Shown: piece after piece, positions 22,986 through 36,689 of the stretch
Layout: every line of letters starts with the position of its first letter
Position numbering within the stretch: position 1 is the first letter of the stretch
NCBI RefSeq assembly: GCF_018977255.1
Contig: NW_024704743.1
Coordinates: 34,040,001 to 34,104,000, forward strand
Length of the DNA stretch: 64,000 nucleotides
Source: Callorhinchus milii
Taxonomy: Eukaryota
Direction of reading: 5' to 3'
Made by a program: the position numbers and the translations under genes
Notes under the pieces: model-generated
What the model was told of the DNA's origin: nothing
The model's database searches: none
What the model saw: only the letters and a program-made list of their open reading frames with translations

Positions 22986-25900
22986 ACTGCTGAGGCCATA
23001 AATGGGGGTTGCAATCCACGGATTTCAGGAGCATCATTACCATACAGGATCCCAAAATTCCCATATGATAATTGTGATCACAAAATCGTGGGATTGCAAC
23101 CCCTAACTAAAGGCTGTCCTCAGGCTGACTAAAAGTCTCATGACCAGAATCTGCCTGGTGCTGACAGCTTGAAAGCTGCACACCCATGTCTGTGCAGAAA
23201 ATGGAAACTAGAGTGGGTGGCGTGCAGTGATTTCAACTGCTGAGGACAAAACAGATAGGATTGTTTGTTTGACTGGTAGATTGTAAAATACCAATTAATA
23301 GAAATATTCCATCGAACAACAACAAAAATGAGCCGGAATCATCTCTTTTGAGCTTCAGTAAAGTAACCTCACTGAAAAATTCACCCAGGCAAAGATCTGA
23401 AAAGTATCCATGAAAAAAATATTGATCAATCCAAAGTACAGATAATAATAACAACTTGCATTCACATGGGTAGGCGATATTGGAGCACTTAACCCAAATA
23501 ACAGAATAATATCATATGCTGCGTGCTGAATTACTTTCTTTATTACGGAATCTCACATTATAAAGATATAATAATAATCCTTACATTTGGTATAGTACTG
23601 TTAATATCGGGAGGACGTCTCAAAGCCCTTCACGGGATATACTGTGTTGTGTTTTGTGTTTACCTATGAAATGAATGACCAATTTTATTCCTTTATCTTA
23701 CCTCATCTCCTAATGATTAGAAATAGACAGATCAAAAGAAATAGAGAGGAAGAAAGACACAATACAAATTTAAATTTACATTTATATAAAGCCTTTCATG
23801 TCGTAGGATGTCCCAAGGAGCTGGGGATTACTTGCCAAAAAGATCAAAATACATAGTGTCAATATTTTTTAAATAAATCAGTAACCAGATGACACAAAGT
23901 AGGGAAAACAGCTGAAAAAAATAGGAGGTTGGGAGAAACAGTTTTTCACTGCAGAGAATTGTTTGTTGCAAAAGGCTGGTGAGCCTGAGGCTGTAACAAA
24001 ATACACAGAAAAAATAATATTACAAGTAATAAAAAAAGTGAATGGGAATGCAATTAGAGCAAATAATAATATCATAATAATCCTTACATTTGCTATAGTT
24101 CCTTTTCACATTGGGAAGACATCTCAAAGTGCTTCACAGAATGTACTATAAACTTTAATAATAATAATAATAATCCTTGCATTTGATATAACGCCTTATC
24201 ACGTCTTCGAGATGTCTCAAAGCGCATCACAGAATACACTCAAAAGTGAATTGACTAAATATTTTGAGGCCGAACGCAGCAGACAATTGTGCAAAGCAGT
24301 GTCCCACAGTCATGGATTGAGTGACCAATTTATTATTATTAATTTTAGGTGAAATGCAGGAGCCAATTTGCCCATAATAATGTCCTACAATCAATTTGTA
24401 TTGATTCTTTAATTTGTATTGATTCTATAATTTGTATTGTATTTGTATTCTATTAGTTATAAAATATATGACAGCATTTGATTGACCTGAAGCACAAACA
24501 GACAGGTAATGGCTTCTGATGTTTTCCAGGAACATCCTGAGGTTAGAATCATAGACATGTAAAGTGCAGAAGGAGGCCATTTGGCCCATCGAGTCTGATC
24601 CAGCTCTCAGAGTAAGCTGTACTTTCGTTCCCGCACTGCCCTGTCCCATCCCCATATGCCTTCAAGCCTCTAACTTTCATAAACCCATCCAGTTCCGTCT
24701 TGAAACCCATGATATTCTTGCCCATTCTTTCTCTATTCTGTGCTTTTTTCAGGTGTTATATATCACCTAATTTTGTTCAATACCATTGGCGAAAGCCCCA
24801 CTAAATTATCACTCTCTCGCTCTCTTTCCACTATGAACTCATATCTCAGTATTTATTACCAGTCTGCCCTCTAGTGCTCAGTATATACTCTCCGTACAAG
24901 ATCTAATGTACCTGAAGATAGCAGCACTCTCTCCTTAATCCTGGATCTGCTGGCTTGCGTGTTGCCTGGGCAACGTGGCGTAAGAATGTTATTATTATTA
25001 TGAGTTTGAGTTTTTGACACTCTATTAATTTTGTACATTATTATGTCAATCACCTGGAGTACATGTGTTGATAGTTACAGTGAATATTAATTACCTTTTA
25101 AGTTTGCCTTGTGTTAAGTTGCAAGGAATTGCAAGGAGATGTTTTTCAGCCGCTAGTAATTAGGAACTATCCAGAATTGCAACATTATCGTAAATGTACA
25201 AGAAGTGCTCTTTATACTGACCCCAGGCCTCCCCAGTGAGCAATGCCATTCTGGTCTTTATTCATTCTTCTGTTCCTCTCATTTTCCTTTTTTTATATAA
25301 AGGATTGAAATTCCTCCTTGTCTCAGCCCGTGAGACCATTTTGTTTTTAAATACAAGTCTGTACAGAATTATGTAAATTTCAATCTTAATTTGGGAGATG
25401 TGCAGTTATTATTATAGTTTGATATAGCACCTTTCATGTCAGGATGACGTCTCAAAATGCTTCACAAGATTCACTGAAAAATGCATTGATTGTGTACCTT
25501 GTGGGTGAATGCGACAACCAATTTGTACAGATTGTCCCACAAACAGCAATTGAAGTAAATGATCATTTTTATTTTATTTGGGGATTGATGGGCCAGGATA
25601 CCAGGAGAAACTCCTTTATCTTTTTGCATAGTGCCATGGAATATTTAATGTCAACCCGAATAGACAGAAGGGACCTTGGTTTAATATCTCTTCTAAGGAA
25701 TCTAATAATGCTGCATTATACACTATGAACAGTAGATAGAGCTCTATCTCTGTGTATCTTTTGTGCAAGTGACTGGAGTCTGAGTCAGTCATACTGAAAA
25801 GATTTGTGGAGGATTCTATGCATGAGATTTGCCAGTTCAGGGTGTTTAGTATTTTTAGAAGCAACAAATATAAGCAACGGAAGATAGAAATCTGTAACCT

Positions 25901-26392
25901 ATTTCTGGATAGGCCTGATATGTTTGATGTTATTGTAATCAATAATCCCATCCTTTCTGGCTCTGAATCGTGGTCTATCATATGCACTTTGTTAAGAATA
26001 AACAAGGAATTGTAAGGGTTAAAGTTGTGCTTTCATTAATAAGATGTTATGAAAGTGTTAACTGAGAAGTAATAATTACAATATCGTTGGAACTTAATGC
26101 AATGCCTTATCATGTTGAATTGTCTCAAAATGCTTCACAGTAAAGGTCAGCTTGTGTAGGGAGGAGCTGGGGAGACTGGCAAGCAGAGCATTGGAATACT
26201 TGAGCCTGGACATGATGAAGGCCTGGATGAGAGTCTTGGCAGCGAGAAGTAGTGGCGGAGTCGAGCCAATTTAAGAACTTAGCAAAATTCTGTTCACTCT
26301 CAAATCCTAAGGTATTTGCCTTGAAGGCTAAAATCACCAGAAATCTCAGTCCTTTGTGATTTGTTACATGTTGTTACTCTCCAATCAATTGC

Positions 26393-26800
26393 CCCTGGTT
26401 CAGTTGGCAGCACTCTTGCCTCTGAGTCAAAACGTGTGGGTTCAAGCTCGATATCGGTATTTGGAACTCACATAGTCACAGTGTGGTGAAGGGGGTGGGG
26501 GAGGAGGGGTGCAGCATTGCTCGAGGTGCCATCCTTCGGATGAGATGTTAAACCGAGCCCTGTCTGTCTGATCAGGTGGATGTTAAAGATCCCATCTCGT
26601 TATTCAAAAAGACAAGGACTTTTTCCCAGTGTCTAACAATTCTCCAAAATAACATGGTTCATTTATTTCATTGGTTGTTTGTGGAACATTGCTGGCATAA
26701 CTTGGCTGTTGTGTTCATCCACAAAACACAGTTACTGCACTTTACAATATATCTTGTGAAACTTGGGATGTCCTCCTGATGTAAAATACAAGGATTATTA
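26393..26800 (+). mobile_element. SacSINE1/Deu-like SINE
   Basis: tcagttggcagcactcttgcctctgagtca...gtgggttcaag head; gatgagatgttaaaccgag..ggtggatgttaaagatccc body; L2-like tail. Confidence 0.7.
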
Positions 26801-27409
26801 TCATTTGATTCATCACAAATTCAACCTGCGCGGTATTTGCAATTGCAAATATATCCCAGTTTCTTGTATGTGTCCTGGAGATCTATGTCAGTGTATTCCA
26901 GACTAAAAAGGACCAGGAATTGGAAAGGGAGCAGACTTTCACTGAAAATTGTTTTTAGACACCAGAAACACGTTTCTCAGACTGCGAATGCTTTAACAGA
27001 TTTAAACTCACAGAAAGGGAAGGGAATTAAAATGTATACTGAGGCCACTTCCCCTGTTTGTTATGGAACATTCTTAAATCAATTATGCCTTTGCAGATCC
27101 TGGCACTAATGACCAATTCCTTTCAACACCTACTCCAGCTAGTAAAAGAATTGCATCCCTTCATCCTACCCAGTCCATGATCTTGAAAGCAACTCCCAAA
27201 AACTGTGTTTGCACATCCTGCACACTACGTTCTCTGTCCATCCTGTAAACACTGGATTTGCATTAGCAGCGTAAATTTCATAATTTGAAAATTTACAGGG
27301 AGCTTGTTATTTATTATCCCACTATTATTAGCAGTGTGTGTTATCAATGGTGTAATACAAAAGGATATGTGATAATTCTCATGATACTACATGATACCCC
27401 TGTAATACA

Positions 27410-27630
27410 ACAACAACAACAACAAGATTCCATTTATAAAGCGCCTTTCACGTCAGGAGGACGTCCCAAGGCGCTGCACAGTTGGGTCATGACCCGAGCA
27501 GGGGGGAAATGGTCAGGGTGAGGGAAGGGAGGGAGCAAGGAGGGGGAAATGGTCAGGGTGAGGGGAGGGAAGGGAGGGAGCGAGGAGGGGGAAGAGAGTC
27601 GAGAGGGGAGCTGAAGGCACGGTCAAAGAG
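27410..27630 (-). mobile_element. Young L2 3' tail with internal ~40-bp duplication
   Basis: Reverse complement of 31985-32162 including the (TTG)n tail; ggggaaatggtcagggtgaggg occurs twice. Confidence 0.8.
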
Positions 27631-28019
27631 AAGAAAGGGGAATGAAGGAGAAATTTCACCTGGGTCTAAAATTTATTCTATTTTTAAATGTCTTAAGGTA
27701 TAAAGCCTCAGGAGTCTGGACTGGGACCATTCCTGTTCCTTGTAAATATTAATGATTTGGATTCACAGACCCAGAGTAACAGTGTAAGATAGTTAAATTT
27801 ACAGATGACATCAACTTGGGGAGGTAAGCAGGTCTCTTTGGAGCTGACCTGGCTCCAAGGTAATGTGCTTGGCAACAGAAAGTCGGAATCGAGTTCATCC
27901 TTTGTGACAGTCTCAACAATCCTTTTCCTGAACCAGTCGGGTGTGCAGAAATCCAGACATTGTTAATCAAACATAAGGTCTTTAGAGGGGCAGACCAGTC
28001 ACTGGGGGCATGGATTCTT

Positions 28020-28295
28020 TCCACTCAACTGCTGTTAGCCCTGCAAGCCAAAGCCCTTACAGGTAGGGTGGTCATTGATAGAGAGTCCTCTCAATAGCAA
28101 GCTATGCAGTTTTAGTTGGTAAAGCTCCATCAGTACTCCAGCCCACATTCTGCAGTCCCCAAGCCTTGGCTCTTACCAACCTGCAACTAATGCTTTCGGG
28201 AATTAGGTAAGCAGGATGCATCCCTCCCGGGAGAGTGTGCACATTCCATTCCAAACATACAGATATTCCCATGTGCAAGTGGCATACATGAATGA
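28020..28295 (-). repeat. Unassigned multi-hairpin dispersed repeat copy
   Basis: Reverse complement aligns with 46155-46410 and 42495-42830. Confidence 0.7.
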
Positions 28296-28775
28296 AACTA
28301 ATGTTGGGAATCATCTTGCAAAAAAAATCACAATTGGGTACCAATAGATCACAATAATAATTTAGAATATAACAATACTAATAGATGCAAAATGTAGCTG
28401 TTTGAGATGAGCAGCTGCTTAGCTCAGAAAATGCAGCTGATTGAGTTTCACGTGACTCAATTTAGGCATGATCATAACCTTATAATAGAAACTTTACCAA
28501 CCATTTATTATCCTTTCAGAATACCAAGCCTTTATGTCTTCACATTACAGTATCAAGCTGTTTGTTGAATGATACCAGTGTCCTGATTCTACAACCCTTC
28601 CTCTGAACTCACTCCAGCTGTTGATTACTCTCTGTAAAAGCTGTCTGCAAAAGTGTCAGCTTGACTCAGTTTGTACACTCTCACCTCTGTTTTATGGGTT
28701 CTATGCTCTTTGTCAAGACCTGAGCTCAAAGGCCAGTGTGACATGATAGCTTTTGAACAGGATGTTAAACCAATG

Positions 28776-28912
28776 CAAAATACTGCAGATGCTGGAAATC
28801 TGAAACAAGAACAGAAGTCGCTGGGAACACTCAGAGGTCAGGCAGCATCTATGGAAATCATTTTCCATAGATGGTGCCTGACTTGCTGAGTGTTCCCAGC
28901 GACTTTGCTTTC
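28776..28912. mobile_element. Penelope-type terminal-repeat palindrome with 12-bp TSD
   Basis: Arms 28815-28857 and 28862-28905; GTTAAACCAATG at 28764-28775 and 28913-28924; arm homologous to 62461-62510. Confidence 0.75.
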
Positions 28913-31305
28913 GTTAAACCAATGTTCCAACTGCCTGTTAGAGTAGAAGTTCAAGACCTCACAACATTATTCAAAAATAGAAGGGAGTTTCTCTCAATGT
29001 CCTGGTCAACAATCCTCCAGATAAAAGGGTTACTCAACTCACGGGTGTTTCTAAGATTTTGCTGTGCATATAATGGATGGTCTTGACAGCAATTCTTGAC
29101 AGCAACTTGACAGAAATCCCTGAGAAGCACTTCGTTTCAATATTATAACTTATATCAAATGCAAAGATCATAAAGCAATAATCACTGGTTCCTGTCGTAA
29201 AATTACCCTTCGCAGTTCTGAACCTGTCTCCTCTTGTCCTTTATCAGAATTTATTTTTGAGTTTACATTCTCTATCTCATTTACAATACAATTGATATGG
29301 TGCCTTTTTACATGGGGAGGACTTGTCAAAGCACTTTCACATTATATAAATGCAAGGTTTATTATTGTTTATATACCTCTATGAGGTTCCCATTTGGATG
29401 TCTGTTTTCAAGGTTGAAGAGCCCTAATTTATGAAACCTTCATCAGTAAGATTGAGCAGGGTAATCACAAGATCAAATTTTCAAATTTGCACCCATAGTA
29501 TATGCTGTGAAGTGCTTTGAGATGTCTCGAGGACATGATAGGTGCTGTAGCAAATGCAATTATTATTATTAATATATTATTATTATTATTATCATCATCA
29601 CATTTGGCAGGTAAAGACATAGATGGCTGGATAGGAACCAAGTTCCTTTGAGATGAATACAATACAATAAACAATGTTTTTGTGGAGTTTGTGCTATTGC
29701 ATAATGTACTCACTTTGTATAGCTTGTTGAATGTCCATCTCTGACCAATGATCCTTATACGGGGAGGGGGTGGGGGGGGTAATTGAAGTTTACATCACGT
29801 GATCTGGGATGTGGTCAAGTCCTTGTTTATATAACACTAGTTCCCTGAAGTGTCCATTTGTCAGACAGTGTCAAGTTAACGCCCAGCACTCGCCTTATGT
29901 GTTTCCAGTCGTGAACAGCACCAACCTGATCTGAACTTTGATTCATGTAATCCATTTCAAATTTCCAGTGAGAGGTGACTAAGTTTATTCCCCATCAGCA
30001 GCAAACATAAAATGTTATTCTATTTATACACTGAGTTTTTAGTCATGGCACAAGCTATTTGGGAAGAGAAGGGGCCTGATGCCAGAGTTGCAGCCTGGAA
30101 GGGCTCAGGCTGTTTTCAGGAACAGCACTGAATGTTTGATGCCATGCACACAGTTACATGGTGAGGGCATGCATTGTGAAATGCAACTATGGAACAGTTG
30201 TGTTGAAGTGTTTCTCAGAAGCACTAACATTAGGGAAATGTTATGAGTGCAATTTCCGATCAAAAAGCGTGTGAGACAGATTGCCAACACGTGATCTTTG
30301 AGTTACCGATGTACATGCCAGTCTTGGTGAGTTTAAGTGCTTCAAGATGCTGCCCCACGTGAAGGGCGCTATATAAATGCACGTTGTTGTTGTTGAGTCA
30401 ACAGTTAACCATTAGTTGTTAAATTTACTGAACAGGGCGGTGGGGGAAACCCATACTGAGCTCACACTAGCCGAGGATAATGAATTTACCGATAATTGCA
30501 GAATCATCTCCAAACAGTGAGCTTTATTTCTCAAAACAAGATGTGGTTCACCAAAACAGGTCACCCTGTTGAATCCAAATGAGCAAGAGCCATACTCCAA
30601 GCAAATAACATTTGAGATCTAATTTTTACTGGCATCCATGTTCTAGTAAAGCTCGGAAATAGATGTTCCACAAACAGACAAACAACCTCTGCTGTGTTAA
30701 TGGCGTACTTAATATATCGTAAGGCCAGGTTGGTGAGCAGAGCAGGATCTGAATTGTAGTTATTTCTGTTCCCTGTTGTAAGCATAGTGCCTAAGTCAGA
30801 CAGTAATTTGAGACATGGAATACTTTTGGCATGGTTGGTAATGTGTAAGCAATGAGGGAAATCAAATAAAGACTGTGTTTGCATAGCAAGCAGAGTGACA
30901 CCAGTGCCAGCAAGTGTTAATTTGTGCTTTTTCTATGCTAAGATCTTCTGTCATATTTGTGTTGCAGGATCAGAAAAAGTCCGAGTACTGTGTACTCAGC
31001 GCCTTGGGACGTCCTCCCGACATGAAAGGCGCTCTATAAATGAAATCTTGTTCTTGTTGTTGTACAGTCGCTTACCCTAGCAAAAGCAACTCTAACTATA
31101 TTGTCTTCGACCAACCCTGCCAATAATGTTACTATGCTGCATTAATCAACAATCACCCAGATAAATTCATCATTCACCTCATGGGTGTTTGTGGGAGCAT
31201 GCTGTGTGCAAATTGGCTGCCACATTTGCCTATAAAATACACAGTCACAACACTTAACAACAATTACCTGTGAAGTGCTTTTAAGGCACCGTATCAACTG
31301 CAAGG

Positions 31306-31459
<154 letters not shown>

Positions 31460-32162
31460 ACAACTGGTACCGCCTTCCATCACCTCCGGAATGTCGCAAG
31501 ACTACGGCACTACCTCACCCCACGCGCTGCTGAAACTCTGGTCCACGCCTTTATCACCTCAAGGCTGGACTATGGGAACTCTCTCCTCGCCGGCCTTCCC
31601 GTCACCTCCCTCCACAAGCTGCAGGTCATTCAGAACTCTGCAGCTCGTATACTGTCCCGCACCAGGCTTCGCGACCACATCACTCCCACCCTCGCTCGCC
31701 TCCACTGGCTCCCCATCCCCCAGAGGATCGAATTCAACATCCTCATCCTCACCTACAAGGCCATTCACGGCCTTGCTCCCTCCTAGCTCTCCGACCTACT
31801 ATCCCCCTACCTACCTGCCCGTACCCTCCGTTCCTCTGGCTCCGGTCTGCTCCACATCCCCCGCCCCAACCACCCTACCATCGGTGGCCGACCACTCAGC
31901 CCCGAGCCTCTGGAACTCTATCCCCCAGTGCCTTCGCCTTGCTTCCTCCCTTTCCTTCTTCAAGGCCGGTCTCAAGACCTTTCTCTTTGACCGTGCCTTC
32001 AGCTCCCCTCTCGACTCTCTACCCCCTCCTCGCTCCCTCCCTTCCCTCCCCTCACCCTGACCATTTCCCCCCTGCTCGGGTCCTGACCCAACTGTACAGT
32101 GCCTTGGGACGTCCTCCCGACGTGAAAGGCGCTCTATAAATGGAATCTTGTTGTTGTTGTTG
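31460..32162 (+). mobile_element. Young, 5'-truncated L2 LINE (ORF2 end, 3' UTR, (TTG)n tail)
   Basis: [25 protein letters not shown]...LQVIQNSAARIL...DHITPTLARLHWLP..QRIEF.IL.LTYKA; CpG-rich. Confidence 0.9.
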
Positions 32163-32269
<107 letters not shown>

Positions 32270-32541
32270 GGAGTCCTGTAGTTCAGTGGTTAGAGCACTC
32301 AGCATGCAAGTGAGAGCACCTGGGCTTGATTCCCGGGCAGGATGAAACGTTGGGCAAGTTTCCTTATTCCACACGCCTGTGTTTATCCAGCAGTAAGTAG
32401 GAACCCAGTTGTTAGTCGATTGATGGATCGCTTTTCCGGGGGTAATTATCCCTTCAAAATAAATAATTTGGTCACTCAATCCACGACTGTTTGTGGGATA
32501 CTGCTGCGTGCAATTGACTGCCATATTTCGCCCACAAAATA
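32270..32541 (+). mobile_element. tRNA-derived SINE, long form, tail missing
   Basis: GGAGTCCTGTAGTTCAGTGGTTAGAGCACT head, B-box-like GGCTTGATTCC. Confidence 0.85.
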
Positions 32542-32545
32542 GCGA

Positions 32546-32703
32546 AAACAGTCGTGGATTGAAGTGGCTAATTTGTTTTTTTTCTTGAGAGATTATTATC
32601 GGGCATGTGGAGTAAAGAAACATACCCACATTTTACCCTGCCTGGAATCGAACCCAGGTCTCTTGCTGGTGAGGCGAATGTGCTAGCCACTAAGCTAGGA
32701 CTC
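32546..32703 (-). mobile_element. tRNA-derived SINE, short form, inverted, tail missing
   Basis: ggaatcgaacc (reverse B box) and ccactaagctaggactc (reverse head). Confidence 0.8.
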
Positions 32704-33129
32704 ATTTGCAAGTTTGCTGACCTGGACAACTGTTCTCCTTTTGAATAGGGTCATGGTATCCTTATCATCCATCTCAACAGGCAGAAAAGGCCTTGACATC
32801 ACATCCCCAAAATTTGAAGAGATGTAAAGGTGAAAACAAGGATCTTGAACTTGATCTGCTAGGTGATGGGGAGGCAATGGAGCCAAGCAAGGATGCGGGT
32901 CATAGGCTAAAGGAAACAGGTGTAAAGGACACGGCTGTATAATTCTGGCTATTCTGCAGATTTTGTACTGCTTCTCACTCCATCACGATACTTGTTTATA
33001 ATGATGATATACTTTGCTGTGCATGCAATCATAACCATTTTCATCAGTGCTTGTGTTGACTGATAACTAAGACTTTCACGATAATTGTGTCAATGTATCC
33101 ACTTTCACCATCTTGCACTTTGTGGTCAC

Positions 33130-34895
33130 TTAAAAGCTCATCCTGACTGGCTTAAATCGAACTTAATGGTCTATTGGCAGATCTGGCTGGACCTTATCAA
33201 ATCCTACCGCTCCTCCCTCGCCTCCACTAAATCTTCGTTCTACTCCAAGACAATCTTGGAGGCCAAGAACACCCACAGACTCCTCTGTTCCTCCACCCAC
33301 CCTCTTATGCCTTACCCATCCTCACTTCCAATGCCACCTGCGAGGTGACCGTGGACTCCCTCGAATCCATAGTTGAGGGGATCCACTCAGCTGCCTCTGC
33401 CCTTCTGTCTTCTACACCCTCCCCATCTCCTCCACCCACCCCGGCCCTTACCTATCCCTCCTTCCACACCTTCGAACCTGTCTCCCCCTCCTCTTTCACC
33501 ACCACTATAACCCACATGAAACCGACCACCTGCTCCCTCGACCCCATCCCTACCCCTCTCCTGACCTCCCAGCTCCACCTTCTTGCCCCTCTACTCACAG
33601 ACATAATAAACCCCCCCTATCAACTAGTACTGTTCCCACCCCATTAAAAACAGCCATCATCACTCCTGTCCTCAAAAACCCTCCCTGAAGCCATCTGTGC
33701 TCTCAAACAACTGCCCCATCTCCAACTTCCCCTTCCTATCCAAGATCCTGGAATGAGTTGTTGCTTCCCAGCTTCACTCCTTCCTCTCCCGCCACTCCCT
33801 TCACGAACACCTCCAATCGGGTTTCCATGCCGCCCACAGCACAGAAACAGCCCTGGTCAAAGTGACAAATGACATTCTGTCCATCTGCGACCAGGGATCC
33901 CTCTGCCTCCTCGTCCTCCTTGACCTTTCTGCTGCCTTCGATATCATTGACCATCCACTGTCTCTCCTCTCACCTCAACCTTCACGGTTCGGTCTTTGAC
34001 TGGTTCAGGTCGTACCTCTCACACCGCCTCCAATTCATCTCCACAAACGGTTTCTCCTCTAGCTCCCGGACTGTCTTGTGCGGCGTTCCTCAGGGCTCTG
34101 TCCTTGTTCCCCTCCTCTTCAATATCTATATGATCCATCTTGGTGACATCATCTGCAGACATGGGATTAACCTCCACATGTATGTGGATTACACTCAACC
34201 TACCCGCCTGTCAGACATCAAGTCCTGGATGAGAGCTAATTTTCTTCAGTTGAACATCAACAAGACCGAGGCTCTCCTGATTGGCTCCCGTTAGAGCCTT
34301 CTCACCTCAGGCGCTGACAGCATCACCATCCATGGTTGCACACTCCACTTTACTAAGCCGGTCCGGAATCTTGTTTAACCCTTAACTATCTTTTCTACTC
34401 CACATCCGTGCTATGACTCGCTCTGCCTTCCCCCACCTCCGCAACATTGCAGGCCGCTGAAACCCTCATACACACATTCATTACATCGCGGCTTGACTAT
34501 GCAAACTTATTGCTTGTCAGCCTCCCCAACTCCTCCCTCCATAGGCTGCAGATCATCCAGAACTCTGCAGCCCATGTCCTTTCCTGTACCAAGCTCCGTG
34601 ATCCTATCACCCCCATCCTTGCCCGACTCCACTGACTTCCCATCACACAGGATACAGTTCAAGATCTTGGTCCTCACCTTCAAAGCCCTCCATGGTCTTA
34701 CTCCCCCCTGACCATCCTGCCCACTCCCTCCGCTCAACGGGCTCCGGCCTGCTTCACTTCCCCCGCCTCGCCCACCCCACTATTGGCGGACGGGTGTTCC
34801 TCCACTCTAGCCCCACCCTCTGGAACGCCATCCTGCAGTCCTTCCACCTCATCCTCTCCCTTGTCTCCTTCAAGAGCGATCTCAAGACCCTCCAA
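33130..34895 (+). mobile_element. L2 LINE ORF2 (RT domain to C-terminus), decayed
   Basis: [104 protein letters not shown]. Confidence 0.92.
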
Positions 34896-35584
34896 TAGGC
34901 AAAACAGAAGTGCTAAGAAAATAATGACATCCTGTCCTGTGATTGTTCAGCCACCAGACTTACTGCCTGATTTCAGAATAGCTCCTGTAATGGCTATAAG
35001 AGCTAATTTTTTNCAATTGAAGGTCAACAATGTAATGGCTCAATGGAAGAAAATCCTCCCAGTATGTTCTCAAAGGTCACTGTGTTGACAACAGCTCTGT
35101 GACATAACAACGCTTGGCACTGGATTGTGATCTCCCAATGGCAGGTTCTTGGTTTCAGCCAAGCTATCAGGAGAGAAAGCAAACAATGACTGCGGCCACT
35201 TCCTTATACCTCCCAGCAGATGAACATGGACACATTGAGGTTCAGATCTACAGGGTATACACCAAGTCCTCTTACTCCCCCCCATGATTTTTTCTTACAA
35301 TTAATTTTTTATTTTCCGTTAAAGATGAGTTCAGTGTAACAATGTCTGAGACCAATAACTTTCTCGTCACTCTGTCCATCAATGTTACAGAAGATATCGC
35401 ACCAAACATGGCGATGGAACATTATCTGCCATGAAAATGGACGTCTAAATACAGTTAAACACTTGTATTGAATACAATCTCTTCCTCCAGGGACAGAAGC
35501 TGTATGATTGGGGAATATAAATACTGCAGTCGGTCTTGATGCTCCCAGGTAAAGGAGGGCAAAGTTCAGCCAGGGTCCTAATCC

Positions 35585-35855
35585 TCTGTTTAACTAGCAG
35601 TAAGTATGAACGTGATTGTTAATCAATTGGAGCATCGCTTTCCGGGGGCAATAATCCCTTCAAAATAATAATAATGTGGTCTCTCAATCCGCGACTGTTT
35701 GTGGGACACAAACGCAGTTGGCTGCCATTTTTCATCCACAAAACACAGTCATTACACTTTACAGTATATTCTGTGAAGTGCTTTGAAACGTCTCAACTAT
35801 GTGATAAGGCGCTATATCAAATACAAGGATTATTAATATTATTATTATTATTATC
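35585..35855 (+). mobile_element. 5'-truncated tRNA-derived SINE
   Basis: ctagcagtaagta...gggggcaataatcccttc...gataaggcgctatatcaaat.caaggattatt. Confidence 0.75.
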
Positions 35856-36216
35856 GCTGTACAGGAACTCCGGCTAGAGTGCAGGTGTACGTGCGGATGT
35901 CAGGCTTGGCCCGAATCGGGCTCGCCTGCGGTGAATTAACCACCGGCCCCCTCACCAACAGAGAGCCGGGTGAAGAATGATTACTTGGCCGGGGGGATAC
36001 TCCACAGAGAGCAATGGCTAACCGCGCAACTGGGGAACACTGCCGAGTGCTGCATCGCTACTGCATTGGCAGCTCACTGAACTGAGCCAATGGCATTGAA
36101 AACCAAGCAGGTAAACACAGAGTCCCTGGGGGGGGGCATATTGCCTCTGTAAGTGGTAGTGGAACTGCAGTGTCCCAGAGTGCATGTGCAGACATTGGCT
36201 CTGCAGTCTGCTCTTT

Positions 36217-36323
36217 GATAGAGGGAATGAGTAAGGGAGGGAGGGATAGAGAGAGAGAGAGGGAGGGAGGGATAGAGAGATAGAGAGCGAGAAAGAGAGA
36301 GAGAGAGGGAGGGAGGGAGGGAT

Positions 36324-36356
<33 letters not shown>

Positions 36357-36361
36357 GGGAT

Positions 36362-36394
<33 letters not shown>

Positions 36395-36497
36395 GGGATA
36401 GAGAGAGAGAGAGGGAGGGAGGGATAGAGAGAGAGAAAGAGAGGGAGGGAGGGAGGGATAGAGAGAAAGAGAGAGAGGGAGGGAGGGATAGAGGGAT

Positions 36498-36528
<31 letters not shown>

Positions 36529-36676
36529 TAGAGGGATAGAGAGAGAGAGAGAGGGAGGGAGGGATAGAGAGAGAGAGAGAGGGAGGGAGGGATAGAGAGA
36601 GAGAGAGAGGGAGGGAGGGATAGAGGGATAGAGAGAGAGAGAGAGAGGGAGGGAGGGAGGGAGGGAGAGGAGAGGG
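36217..36676. repeat. ~460-bp polypurine (GA/GGGA/GATA) tract upstream of GMPR promoter
   Basis: Degenerate GAGGGAGGGAGGGATAGAGAGAGA units. Confidence 0.95.
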
Positions 36677-36689
36677 TATACACTGACAG

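Noticed and set aside
28221..28236. CCCTCCCGGGAGAG resembling a hepacivirus 5' UTR segment
   Set aside because: Only 14 nt, inside a repeat hairpin, not conserved in sister copies; likely chance
29401..29450. Minus-strand CTGATGA...AACCTTGAAA resembling a hammerhead
   Set aside because: Better explained as a decayed CR1 segment (YEERL.KLGLFSLEK-type); no stems I/III seen
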